NCBI GenBank assembly: GCA_964489425.1
Contig: CAZAYP010000001.1
Span: 80,171 to 144,170, forward strand
DNA length: 64,000 nucleotides
Direction of reading: 5' to 3'
Source: an uncultured Verrucomicrobiota bacterium
GTDB taxonomy: Bacteria; Verrucomicrobiota; Kiritimatiellia; RZYC01; CAZAYP01
Both the position numbers and the translations under genes were made by a program. The first letter of the stretch is position 1. The number at the start of each line of letters is the position of its first letter. Of this stretch, positions 8,788 through 17,848 are shown piece after piece. The notes beneath the pieces were generated by a model, which saw only the letters and a program-made list of their open reading frames with translations, was not told the origin of the DNA and searched no databases.

Positions 8788-10026
8788 ATGACCACCTTAG
8801 CCTGCCGCGCTTGCGGCGCGCCATTGCGCCACACGTTCGTGGACCTGGGCATGGCGCCCCTGTCCAACGCCTACGTGGCGCCGGACGAAGACACGGCCGC
8901 CGAGCCGTTTTACCCGCTGCACGCGCGCGTGTGCGACCAGTGTTTCCTGGTCCAGATCCCCGCGGTGGCCGCCCCGGACACGATCTTCGGCAGCGACTAC
9001 GCGTATTTTTCATCGTATTCGGACACCTGGTTGCGGCACGCGCAGGCCTACGTGGAGATGATGATCGCGCGCTTCGGGTACGGCCCGCCATCGCAGGTGG
9101 TGGAGATCGCCAGCAACGACGGCTACCTGCTGCAGTACTTCGCGGCCGCGGGCGTGCCGGTCCTGGGCGTGGAGCCTTCGGCCAGCGTGGCCCGCGTGGC
9201 CATGGAGAAAAAGATCCCCACGGTGGTCAAGTTCTTCGGTGTGCAAACGGCCGCCGAACTCGTCGAACAGGGCCACGCGGCGGACCTGGTCATCGGCAAC
9301 AACGTGCTGGCGCACGTGCCGGACATCAACGACTTTGTCGGCGGCATCGCGCGGCTGCTCAAGCCCGGCGGCACGGCCACCCTGGAGTTCCCCCACCTGC
9401 TGCGCCTGGTGGCGGGCAACCAGTTCGACACCATCTACCACGAGCATTTCTCCTACCTCTCGCTGTACGCCGTCGAGCAGGTGTTCCGCCGCCACGGGCT
9501 GGCCATCTTCGACGTCGACGAGCTGCCCACCCATGGCGGCTCGCTGCGCATCTACGCCTGCCACGCCGCCGACGAGGCCGGCCGCCGCACCCCGCGGCCC
9601 GCGGCGCTGCGCGAGCGCGAGGCCAGCGCCGGGATCAACCGCCTGGCTTACTACGCGGCGTTCTCCGAGGCGGTCAAGGAGACCAAGCGCAAGCTGCTGG
9701 AGTTCCTCATCGCCGCGCGGCGCGCCGGGCACGCAGTGGCCGCCTACGGCGCGGCGGCCAAGGGCAACACCCTGCTGAACTATTGCGGCATCCGCACGGA
9801 TTTCGTGGACTTCGTGGTGGACCGCAACCCGCAGAAGCAGGGCCGGCTGCTGCCGGGCACGCACATCCCCATTTTCGGCCCGGACAAGGTGCGCGCGGCG
9901 CGGCCGCGCTACCTGCTGATCCTGCCCTGGAACATCAAGGACGAGGTCATGGACCAGATGCGCGACATCCGCGCCTGGGGCGGCGAGTTTGTCGTGCCCA
10001 TCCCCGCGGTACGGGTCCTGCCGTGA
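8788..10026 (+). CDS. NDP-hexose C-methyltransferase family (Zn-binding + class I SAM + C-methyltransferase C-terminal domain)
   Basis: CRACG...CDQC, EIASNDG, FDTIYHEHFSY, THGGSLR, YGAAAKGNTLLNY, ILPWN. Confidence 0.88.
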   Translation: MTTLACRACGAPLRHTFVDLGMAPLSNAYVAPDEDTAAEPFYPLHARVCDQCFLVQIPAVAAPDTIFGSDYAYFSSYSDTWLRHAQAYVEMMIARFGYGPPSQVVEIASNDGYLLQYFAAAGVPVLGVEPSASVARVAMEKKIPTVVKFFGVQTAAELVEQGHAADLVIGNNVLAHVPDINDFVGGIARLLKPGGTATLEFPHLLRLVAGNQFDTIYHEHFSYLSLYAVEQVFRRHGLAIFDVDELPTHGGSLRIYACHAADEAGRRTPRPAALREREASAGINRLAYYAAFSEAVKETKRKLLEFLIAARRAGHAVAAYGAAAKGNTLLNYCGIRTDFVDFVVDRNPQKQGRLLPGTHIPIFGPDKVRAARPRYLLILPWNIKDEVMDQMRDIRAWGGEFVVPIPAVRVLP

Positions 10027-10559
10027 AGTTCACCCCCACGGCCATTGCCGGCGCCTGGATCCTGGAACTGGACAAGCGCGTTGACGCGCGCGGCTTCTTC
10101 GCGCGCACCTTCTGCGAGCAGGAATTCCGCGCGCACGGGATCGCGTTCACGGTGCGCCAGTGCAACGTCTCCCACAACCGCCAGCGGGGCACCCTGCGCG
10201 GGATGCACTACCAGGCCGCGCCCCATGCCGAGGGCAAGGTCGTCTGGTGCTACCAGGGCGCCATCTATGACGTCGCGCTGGACTTGCGCCCGGGGTCGGC
10301 CACGTGCGGCCGCCATGTCGGCGTGGACCTCACCGCGGACAACGGCCGCCTGCTCTACCTCGCCCCCGGCCTGGCCCACGGGTTCCTGACCCGCGCGGAC
10401 GAGACCGGGGTGTTCTACTGGATGGACGCGTTCTACCAGCCGGACGCCGGCCGGGGCGTGCGCTACGACGACCCCGCGTTCCAGATTGCCTGGCCGGAGC
10501 CGGTCCGCGCCCTCTCCCCGCGCGACGCGGCCTATCCCGCCTACGCCCCCGACGCCTAG
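10023..10559 (+). CDS. rfbC: dTDP-4-dehydrorhamnose 3,5-epimerase family (cupin)
   Basis: GTG start overlapping the upstream stop (GTGA). DARGFFAR, GTLRGMHYQ, GLAHGFLT motifs. Confidence 0.88.
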   Translation: MKFTPTAIAGAWILELDKRVDARGFFARTFCEQEFRAHGIAFTVRQCNVSHNRQRGTLRGMHYQAAPHAEGKVVWCYQGAIYDVALDLRPGSATCGRHVGVDLTADNGRLLYLAPGLAHGFLTRADETGVFYWMDAFYQPDAGRGVRYDDPAFQIAWPEPVRALSPRDAAYPAYAPDA

Positions 10560-10598
10560 GCCCGCGCCGGCCGGCCCGTTTTTTCCGGGCGCGTTGTT

Positions 10599-10627
10599 TT
10601 GACTTTCAGGCCCCGCTGGCCTATTAA
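10599..10627 (+). promoter_or_regulatory. Candidate sigma70 promoter of thyX
   Basis: TTGACT-17 bp-TATTAA, with AAGGAG RBS before GTG 10664. Confidence 0.45.
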
Positions 10628-10663
10628 TGGACAGGCGTCGAAAGCAGCAACAAGGAGCACAGC

Positions 10664-11566
10664 GTGGCCCACATGGTCAGTCCCGAAGCAGAACAACTGC
10701 TGGACCAGGAAGTCAAGGTCCTGGACCATGGGTTTGTCCGGCTGGTGGACTACCTCGGCGGCGACGACCGCATCGTGCAGGCGGCCCGCGTGTGCTACGG
10801 CCAGGGCACCCGGACCCGGCGCGAAGACGCGCAGCTGATCGACTACCTGATGCGCCACCAGCACACGACCCCGTTCGAGCACGTGGTGCTGGAAATCCAC
10901 TGCAAGATGCCGATTTTCGTGGCCCGCCAGTGGGTGCGCCACCGCACGGCGCGGATCAACGAGCTGTCCGGCCGCTACAGCGTGATGGAGGACGAGTTCT
11001 ACGTGCCGCCGGAGGAACAGATCCGCCTGCAAAGCCGCACCAACAAGCAGGGCCGCGACCGCGAGGAAGTGGCGGCCGAGCTGCGGCAGAAAGTCCTGAA
11101 CATCATCCTGCGCGACCAGGGCAACGCCTACGCCTCCTACGAGGAACTGCTCAACGACGGCGTGGCCCGCGAGCTGGCGCGCATCAACCTGCCGCTGGCC
11201 CTCTACACCCAGTGGTACTGGCAGATGGATCTGCACAATCTTTTCCATTTCCTGCTCCTGCGCATGGACCCGCACGCCCAGTGGGAGATCCAGGAGTACG
11301 CCCGGGCCATCGCCCGCATGGCCCAGGCCGTGGCGCCCATGGCTTTCGCCGCGTTCGAGCGCCACATCCTCCACGGCCGGCATTTTTCCGCCGACGAGAT
11401 CCAGGCCCTGCGCGCCATGCTGCGCGGGGAGCAACCCGCCCTGGCCGGCTCCGCGCGCCGCGAATTTGACGCCAAGCTCCAGCCGCCATCCGCCCATCCG
11501 GCCCCCGCCGACCCGGCGCCCGTGCCCGGCAATAAACCCAACCGGCGCCGGGCGCCAGGGACATGA
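10664..11566 (+). CDS. thyX: FAD-dependent thymidylate synthase
   Basis: [28 protein letters not shown] signature, [16 protein letters not shown]. Confidence 0.95.
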   Translation: MAHMVSPEAEQLLDQEVKVLDHGFVRLVDYLGGDDRIVQAARVCYGQGTRTRREDAQLIDYLMRHQHTTPFEHVVLEIHCKMPIFVARQWVRHRTARINELSGRYSVMEDEFYVPPEEQIRLQSRTNKQGRDREEVAAELRQKVLNIILRDQGNAYASYEELLNDGVARELARINLPLALYTQWYWQMDLHNLFHFLLLRMDPHAQWEIQEYARAIARMAQAVAPMAFAAFERHILHGRHFSADEIQALRAMLRGEQPALAGSARREFDAKLQPPSAHPAPADPAPVPGNKPNRRRAPGT

Positions 11567-11574
11567 GGCCGGCC

Positions 11575-11733
11575 ATGGACGCCTGGGTATGCACCTCGTG
11601 CGGCTATCTCTATGACCCGGCGCTGGGCGATCCGCAGCCGGGCATCCCGCCGGGCACGCCGTTTGAATCCCTGCCGCAAGGCTGGCACTGCCCGATCTGT
11701 TACGCCGCCCGATCCGCCTTTGACCGTTGGTAA
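11575..11733 (+). CDS. Rubredoxin (52 aa; absent from the ORF track)
   Basis: Manual translation [52 protein letters not shown] gives two CxxC knuckles. An alternative in-frame ATG at 11563 overlaps the thyX stop. Confidence 0.92.
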   Translation: MDAWVCTSCGYLYDPALGDPQPGIPPGTPFESLPQGWHCPICYAARSAFDRW

Positions 11734-11751
11734 ACCGGCCGCCCGCATACC

Positions 11752-12870
11752 GTGAAAATCCTGGATAAATACCTGCTCCGCTCGCTCCTGGCGCCGCTGG
11801 CTTACTGCATGGCGGCGTTCGTGCTCATCTTCCTCATTTTCGACCTGTTCAATAACCTCGAAGACTTCATCGTGGCCCGCACCGCGGCGTTCCGGATCGT
11901 CTTGTACTATGCCAGCCTGGTGCCGTCAGTCCTGGTGTACACCGTGCCCATCTCGCTGATCCTGGCCGCGCTCTACAGCCTCAGCTCCCTCACCAAGAAC
12001 AACGAGCTGACCGCCATGCGCGCCAGCGGGATCAGCATGTACCGGATGATGCTGCCCTACGTGAGCGTCGGCCTGCTGGCCAGCCTTATCGTGGCCGCGG
12101 TCAACGAAACCATCGCCCCGCGCTCCGCCTACTGGACCGCCCTGTTCCTCCAGGCCGAACGCAGCGCCAACCCGCATACCGCCCACGTGGCCCGCAACCT
12201 GGCCTTCCGCAACTCGGTCCAGCGCCGCGAGTGGATCATCGAGAGCTTCAACACCCGCACGTTCGAGATGGAGAACATCCGTGTCGTGCAGCAGCGCACC
12301 AACGGCACGGACGCGGTCAAGTACTGGGCCCGCCAGGGCAAGTGGCTCGACAACCGCTGGTGGTTCACCCACGTCGTCCGCCAGGACTTCGATGACCGGG
12401 GCTACCCCAAAGGCGGGCCGGCCAACATGGCCGCCGCCCACAAGGAACGCGCCCTGGAAATGACCGGGTTCGAGGAGACCCCGCAGGACTTTGTCAGCGA
12501 GCGCAAAGACGCCCGCGAAAGCCCGGAACAGTTCTCGACCGTGGAGATCCTGCAGTACATGCAGCGTCACCGCGAGTTTGCGCCCGACACCCTGGCGCGC
12601 CTGCGCACCGATCTCCACGCGCGCATCGCCATGCCCTGGACCTGCCTGGTCGTCATCCTGATCGGCATCCCGTTCGGCGCGCAGACCGGGCGCAAGGGCG
12701 CGTTCATCGGCGTGGCCACCGCGCTGGGCATGTTTTTTCTCTATTACGCGCTGATGAGCGTGGCCCTGGCGATGGGCAAGGGCCAGCACATCGAGCCCTG
12801 GCTCGCGGCCTGGCTCCCCAACCTGGTGTTCCTGGTGGTGGGCATCATCCTCCTCGTGCGCCTGCGCTGA
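11752..12870 (+). CDS. LptF/LptG family LPS export permease
   Basis: ILDKYL N-terminus, NNELTAMRASGIS motif, 3+3 TM layout, AAWLPN C-terminus. Confidence 0.9.
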   Translation: MKILDKYLLRSLLAPLAYCMAAFVLIFLIFDLFNNLEDFIVARTAAFRIVLYYASLVPSVLVYTVPISLILAALYSLSSLTKNNELTAMRASGISMYRMMLPYVSVGLLASLIVAAVNETIAPRSAYWTALFLQAERSANPHTAHVARNLAFRNSVQRREWIIESFNTRTFEMENIRVVQQRTNGTDAVKYWARQGKWLDNRWWFTHVVRQDFDDRGYPKGGPANMAAAHKERALEMTGFEETPQDFVSERKDARESPEQFSTVEILQYMQRHREFAPDTLARLRTDLHARIAMPWTCLVVILIGIPFGAQTGRKGAFIGVATALGMFFLYYALMSVALAMGKGQHIEPWLAAWLPNLVFLVVGIILLVRLR

Positions 12871-12998
12871 ACCCCGCCGGGACACGGCAGCACCGGCCCC
12901 TGCGCGGCCATCCGGCGCAAAAAGATGGATTTCCGCCTAGCGCGCGCGCCACGGGCTTTGTACTATGCCTGCCACGCGCACGGCGCGCCGGTAATGCG

Positions 12999-14336
12999 AT
13001 GAATAGAATGGTAACCAACTGGGGGAACTACCCGCGAATCGCGGCCGACTGGCTGGAGTACGATCAGCCGGAGCCCATGGCCGCGGCAGTGCGCGACCCA
13101 CGCGGCCTCATCGCCCGCGGCCTGGGGCGCTGCTACGGCGACTCGGCCCTCGCCCCCCGCATCCTGTCCACGCAGCGCTACAACAAGTTCCTTGCCTTTG
13201 ATGCCGCGACCGGGCATCTGACCTGCCAGGCCGGCGTCGCGCTGGAAGACATCCTCGCCGCGTTCATCCCCCGCGGTTGGTTCCTGCCGGTCACCCCGGG
13301 CACCAAGTACGTCACCGTGGGCGGCGCCATCGCCGCCGACGTGCACGGCAAAAACCACCACAAGGAAGGCAGCTTCGGCGACCACGTCACGGCCCTGGAC
13401 CTGCTGCAGGCCGACGGCCGGGTCGTCACCTGCACGCCCACGGACAACGCCGAGCTGTTTGAGACCACCCGCGGCGGCATGGGGTTGACCGGCGTGATCC
13501 TGCGCGCCACGCTGCGGCTCAAGCGCATCGCCACCTCCTACATCCGCGAGGAAACCATCCGCGCCCCGGACCTGGCCGCGATCATGGACCTGTTCGAGGA
13601 CGGTGCGGACTGGACCTATTCCGTGGCCTGGATCGATTGCCTGGCCACGGGCCGGAGCATGGGGCGCAGCATCATGATGCGCGGCGAGCATGCGCGGCCG
13701 GAGGAACTGCAGCTGGCCCACCACAAGCGCCAGCCCCTGCGGGTCATGCCCGGTCCGCGCCTGGACGTGCCGTTCATGTTCCCGGGCCTGGCGCTCAACC
13801 CCCTGACCGTGCGCGCGTTCAACACGGCCTATTACCACAAGCACCCCGCCGGCGCGAAAGTCCACATCACGGACTACGACACGTTTTTCTACCCGCTCGA
13901 CTTCGTCAACAACTGGAACCGCATTTACGGCCGGCGCGGGTTCACCCAGTACCAGTTGGTCATCCCGCGCGCGGCCAGCCGCCGCGGGCTGCCGGCGATC
14001 CTCCAGCGCATCAGCCAGAGCGGGCTGGGCTCGTTCCTGGCGGTGCTCAAGCTGTTCGGCCCGCAAAACGGGTTGGTCAGCTTCCCCATGGAAGGCTACA
14101 CGCTGGCGCTGGACTTCCCCATGAGCCGCCGCCTGCTGCCATGCCTGGACGCGTTCGACCGCCTGGTGCTGGAGCATGGCGGCCGGCTGTACCTGGCCAA
14201 GGACGTGCGCATGAGCGCGGCCATGTTCCAGCAGGGGTATCCCAACGCGGCGGCGTTCAAGGAGCGCGTGCGGCGCGGGGATCCGCAAGGCATTTTCCAC
14301 TCGCTGCAATCCCGCCGCATAGGAGTGACGCCATGA
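12999..14336 (+). CDS. FAD-binding oxidoreductase, DprE1-like (decaprenylphosphoryl-ribose oxidase family)
   Basis: IARGLGRCYGD, PVTPGTKYVTVGGAIAADVHGKNHH, YSVAWID, SFLAVLKLFG, GGRLYLAKD. Confidence 0.88.
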   Translation: MNRMVTNWGNYPRIAADWLEYDQPEPMAAAVRDPRGLIARGLGRCYGDSALAPRILSTQRYNKFLAFDAATGHLTCQAGVALEDILAAFIPRGWFLPVTPGTKYVTVGGAIAADVHGKNHHKEGSFGDHVTALDLLQADGRVVTCTPTDNAELFETTRGGMGLTGVILRATLRLKRIATSYIREETIRAPDLAAIMDLFEDGADWTYSVAWIDCLATGRSMGRSIMMRGEHARPEELQLAHHKRQPLRVMPGPRLDVPFMFPGLALNPLTVRAFNTAYYHKHPAGAKVHITDYDTFFYPLDFVNNWNRIYGRRGFTQYQLVIPRAASRRGLPAILQRISQSGLGSFLAVLKLFGPQNGLVSFPMEGYTLALDFPMSRRLLPCLDAFDRLVLEHGGRLYLAKDVRMSAAMFQQGYPNAAAFKERVRRGDPQGIFHSLQSRRIGVTP

Positions 14337-15064
14337 GAAACGCACTGATCCTTGGCGCCGGCTCGGATGTGGCCCAGGCCCTGGCGCACGCCCTGGCGCG
14401 GGCGGGCTACTCCCTGACCCTGGCCGCCCGCCGCCCCGAGGCGCTCAAGGCCATGGCGGACGACCTCGCCATCCGCTACCAAGCCCCGCCCGAGCTGGTC
14501 GCCTTCGACGCGCTGGCCATGGAGTCGCACCCGGACTTTTACCGGCAGCTCAAGACCCGGCCGGACCTCGTGGCGTGCGTGTTCGGCTACCTGGGCGACC
14601 AGGCTTTGGCCGAGCGCGATTTCCGGGAAGCGCGCCGGGTCCTGGACACCAACTTTACCGGCGCGGTATCGATCCTCGAAGTGATCGCGGCGGATTTCGA
14701 GGCGCGGCGCGACGGCGCGATCATCGGCATCAGCTCCGTGGCCGGGGAACGCGGCCGGCAGAGCAACTACATGTACGGCTGCGCCAAGGCCGGCTTTTCC
14801 GCCTTCCTGAGCGGCCTGCGCAACCGGCTGTTCCATGCCGGCGTCCACGTGATGACCGTCAAGCCGGGATTCATCTACACGCGCATGACCGCCGGGATCA
14901 AGTTGCCCGCCGCGGTGACGGCCCAGCCGGAGCAGGTGGCCGCGGACATCCTGCGCGGTCTTGCCCGCCGCCGCGACGTGGTCTATACCCGCTGGTACTG
15001 GCGCTGGATCATGGCCATGATCCGCGCCATCCCCGAAACCCTGTTCAAGCGGCTGAAGCTGTAA
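14333..15064 (+). CDS. SDR oxidoreductase, DprE2-like
   Basis: ATG 14333 overlaps the upstream stop. LILGAGSDVA, ISSVAGERGR.SNY.YG.AKAG, VKPGFI.T motifs. Confidence 0.85.
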   Translation: MRNALILGAGSDVAQALAHALARAGYSLTLAARRPEALKAMADDLAIRYQAPPELVAFDALAMESHPDFYRQLKTRPDLVACVFGYLGDQALAERDFREARRVLDTNFTGAVSILEVIAADFEARRDGAIIGISSVAGERGRQSNYMYGCAKAGFSAFLSGLRNRLFHAGVHVMTVKPGFIYTRMTAGIKLPAAVTAQPEQVAADILRGLARRRDVVYTRWYWRWIMAMIRAIPETLFKRLKL

Positions 15065-15080
15065 CCGGCGGCCCCGCACC

Positions 15081-16616
15081 ATGCCCGACCAACCCATCAA
15101 CGACGAGACCGTCCTGGCGGAACTTGACCTGCCGGACTACCAGCTGACGCTCAAGCTGCGCCAGCAGGACACGGAATGCATCGCCGCCCTGCGGCCCAAG
15201 GTCACGGGCATGATGCTGATGGAAGAAGACCTGCGCACGGTCCTCGCCGATCACGGCGTGGTGGAAGGCCTGCTGGATGACGCCATCCGCGAGTTTTGCG
15301 CCGCAGCCTCCCGCGGCGAGACGCTGCCGGAGGTCCTCCTGGCCCAGGGGTCCCTGCCTCGCAGCCAGGACGGTTCCGTGGAGTTCATGTTCCGGCCCAG
15401 CTCCGACCAGCCCGATTTCCACGTCGATGAGCAGGACCACGTCGACTACCGGGCCACGCGCCTGTTCGAGAACGTCCGCAAGGGCCAGCCCATCGCCCGG
15501 GTGCAGCCGCACGTCGAAGAGGCCGGCCGCACCGTGACCGGGCGCGCGCTGCCGCCCGAACGCGTGCAGCGCGTGTTCGTGGCCCTGGGCCCGGGTGTCG
15601 CCCGGGTCGGCACCACCAGCGAGATCGTCTCCACCCGCGACGGCCGGATGGTGTTCGAGGACAGCAAGCTATCGGTCACCGATCGCCTGGAAGTCAACGC
15701 CGCGGTGGACCTGCATGTCGGCCACATCGACTTCATCGGCCACGTGGCCATCGCCGGCGACGTGCTCGACGGCTTCAATGTCACCGGCGGCAAGAGCATC
15801 GAAGTCATGGGCACAGTGGGCGCCTGCCAGGTTGTTTCCGGCGGCGACATCAAGCTCAACGGCGGCATGGCCGGCAACGGCCGCGACAGCACCATCAAGT
15901 GCGGGGCCCACCTTACGGCCAACTACCTGCACGACGTGGCGATCGAGTGCGAGGGCAACCTCGCCGTGGTGAGCGAGATGATGCGCTGCCGCGTGCGCTG
16001 CAACGGGATCCTGAACGTCTCCGGCAACCTGGCCGGCGGCGAATACCTGGCGCTCAACGGGATCGAGGTGCGCACGGTCGGTTCCGAGCTGGGCGTCAAC
16101 ACCAAGCTGGTGGCCGGCGTGGACTACCGCATCGACACCGAGCGCATGGCGCTCGAAAAAGAGCACGAAGCCACCACCCGGCGCCAGCAGCAACTCATGC
16201 GCGAGCTCGCGCCCCTGGCGCGCAATCCCAAGGCCATCGCCTCCTCGCAGCGGATCAAGACCAAGGTGGCGGACATGCTGCAGGAATACGAGAAAATCAA
16301 GAACAACTGCGCCGAACTCAAGGCCCGGCTGGATGCCATGCATTCGGACGAGCGCGACAAGACCAACTGCAAGATCAACGTCATCGAGAAGATGTACCAC
16401 GGCACTACGATCCAGCTGGGCCACGTGATCCACCGCATGAACACCGATTACGCCGGGCCGATTTCCATCGTGAAGTTCTCCGAGGAAGCCGACTTCCGCA
16501 TCCTGCCCATGACCCCGCTCTCGTTCAACGCCCGCCAGATGGAACTCCAACACATGGCCGCCAAGGCCAATGCCCCAGCGGCGGCGCCCAAGGAAAAACC
16601 ATCGCCGCCGCCCTGA
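15081..16616 (+). CDS. DUF342 / FapA family protein
   Basis: VDYR...ENVRKGQPIA, GRTVTG, GHIDFIG.V.I.GDV..GF.V beta-helix, coiled coil. Confidence 0.8.
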   Translation: MPDQPINDETVLAELDLPDYQLTLKLRQQDTECIAALRPKVTGMMLMEEDLRTVLADHGVVEGLLDDAIREFCAAASRGETLPEVLLAQGSLPRSQDGSVEFMFRPSSDQPDFHVDEQDHVDYRATRLFENVRKGQPIARVQPHVEEAGRTVTGRALPPERVQRVFVALGPGVARVGTTSEIVSTRDGRMVFEDSKLSVTDRLEVNAAVDLHVGHIDFIGHVAIAGDVLDGFNVTGGKSIEVMGTVGACQVVSGGDIKLNGGMAGNGRDSTIKCGAHLTANYLHDVAIECEGNLAVVSEMMRCRVRCNGILNVSGNLAGGEYLALNGIEVRTVGSELGVNTKLVAGVDYRIDTERMALEKEHEATTRRQQQLMRELAPLARNPKAIASSQRIKTKVADMLQEYEKIKNNCAELKARLDAMHSDERDKTNCKINVIEKMYHGTTIQLGHVIHRMNTDYAGPISIVKFSEEADFRILPMTPLSFNARQMELQHMAAKANAPAAAPKEKPSPPP

Positions 16617-16697
16617 CCCAAGCCGGCAGGCAGACCGGGGGCCCGGTGAGGTCTGGAGAAAACCCGGGGTGGGTGACGGTTGGTTTGTAGCAGGCAG

Positions 16698-17594
16698 CTA
16701 CTCGACTGGCGGCGCAGCGCGATGTTCGAAGACCAGCCTGGAGACCGCGCTGATGACGCGGTCCGACTCCTCGCGCGTGCTGTTCCGGCTCATGACGCAG
16801 AGGATGTAAGGCCGGCCGGGCAGGTACACGATCCCGCAGTCGTGAAAGTCGCCGGCGGCAGCGTTGAACCCCACCTTGTGGGCCACGGGAATGTCGCGCG
16901 GCAGGGGCTGGCAAAGCTGGCTTTCATACACGGTCTGCTGCATCAAGCCCAGCAGGTAGCGGCTGTGGTCAGGCGAAAGAAACGTCGCCGCGTGCAGGCA
17001 CCGTAAAGCCGCCGCCATCTGCCGCGGGCTGATCGGCGGCAGGTAGTTGCGCGGCTGGCCCGGCGCGGCATGGGGCAGGCCCAGGCCTTGCAGCGCGGCC
17101 TGGAAATCGGCCCCGTTGAAGACCCGGGCCAGGACGAACGAAGCGGTGTTGTCGGAATAGCGGATCAGGCGGTCCAGCATTTCCCGCACCGTGACGGTGT
17201 CGCCCGGCCGCTTTTCGATGGGCACGGGAACGTTGGTGTCGATGTCCTGCGGCCGCAGCACGAGCTGGTCGTCCAAGGCCAGGCGCCCTTGCTCCACATT
17301 CTTCAGCACCGCGGCCATGACCGCGATCTTAAGCAAGCTCCACGCGTTGTAGGTTGCATCCGGATCAATGCCCAGGCTTTCCCCGCTAACCAAGTCTTCC
17401 AAGTAAACGCTGAAATGTCCCTGGACCTGGAAGATCAGCGTATTGGCCACCTCGGGCGCCAATGCATCAGGCCATGCGATGGACTCGGCAGCGGCCAGCG
17501 ACCGGCCCATGGCAAAAACAAAAACCGCCAGGCCCATCCGCAGCAAGGCGGCCGGTCGGCCACGGGCGGCCACTGGCTCATACCATTTCCGCAT
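16698..17594 (-). CDS. Class A beta-lactamase-like serine hydrolase (secreted)
   Basis: SxxK (SLLK), SDN and HKVG motifs. Signal peptide. Confidence 0.8.
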   Translation of the reverse strand: MRKWYEPVAARGRPAALLRMGLAVFVFAMGRSLAAAESIAWPDALAPEVANTLIFQVQGHFSVYLEDLVSGESLGIDPDATYNAWSLLKIAVMAAVLKNVEQGRLALDDQLVLRPQDIDTNVPVPIEKRPGDTVTVREMLDRLIRYSDNTASFVLARVFNGADFQAALQGLGLPHAAPGQPRNYLPPISPRQMAAALRCLHAATFLSPDHSRYLLGLMQQTVYESQLCQPLPRDIPVAHKVGFNAAAGDFHDCGIVYLPGRPYILCVMSRNSTREESDRVISAVSRLVFEHRAAPPVE

Positions 17595-17615
17595 GAGGAT
17601 CGGTACTTATCTGGG

Positions 17616-17750
17616 CTCCCCGCCTTTTTAAGGCGGGGGGGACCCGAAGGGTGGGGCGGTTGTTCCGGGTTCCACCCACCGTGATATCGGGGCGCGGACC
17701 ATCCACAACCACCCCGGCCTGCGGCCACCCCTCCTTGCAAAGGAGGGGAG
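17616..17750. repeat. 135-bp miniature inverted-repeat (REP/MITE-like) element with nested hairpins
   Basis: Left arm CTCCCCGCCTTTTTAAGGCGGGGGGGACCCGAAGGGTGGGGCGGTTGT is an imperfect reverse complement of right arm ACAACCACCCCGGCCTGCGGCCACCCCTCCTTGCAAAGGAGGGGAG. Confidence 0.7.
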
Positions 17751-17848
17751 CTTGTATGCTTGTTCTCATGCGAAAATGGTATCAGACCCGCGGATGCAGA
17801 CAGCTATAGGGAGTTGCAGAATGATTATCCGTTATCGGCGCCATGCTT

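Noticed and set aside
8811-10022. N-terminal 400 aa of the 582-aa ORF (apparent fusion to RfbC); similar extensions on ORFs 2896, 13637, 34970-36250 and 49307-50194
   Set aside because: These are Arg/Gly/Pro-rich off-frame read-through over the upstream gene. The real starts are at stop/start overlaps.
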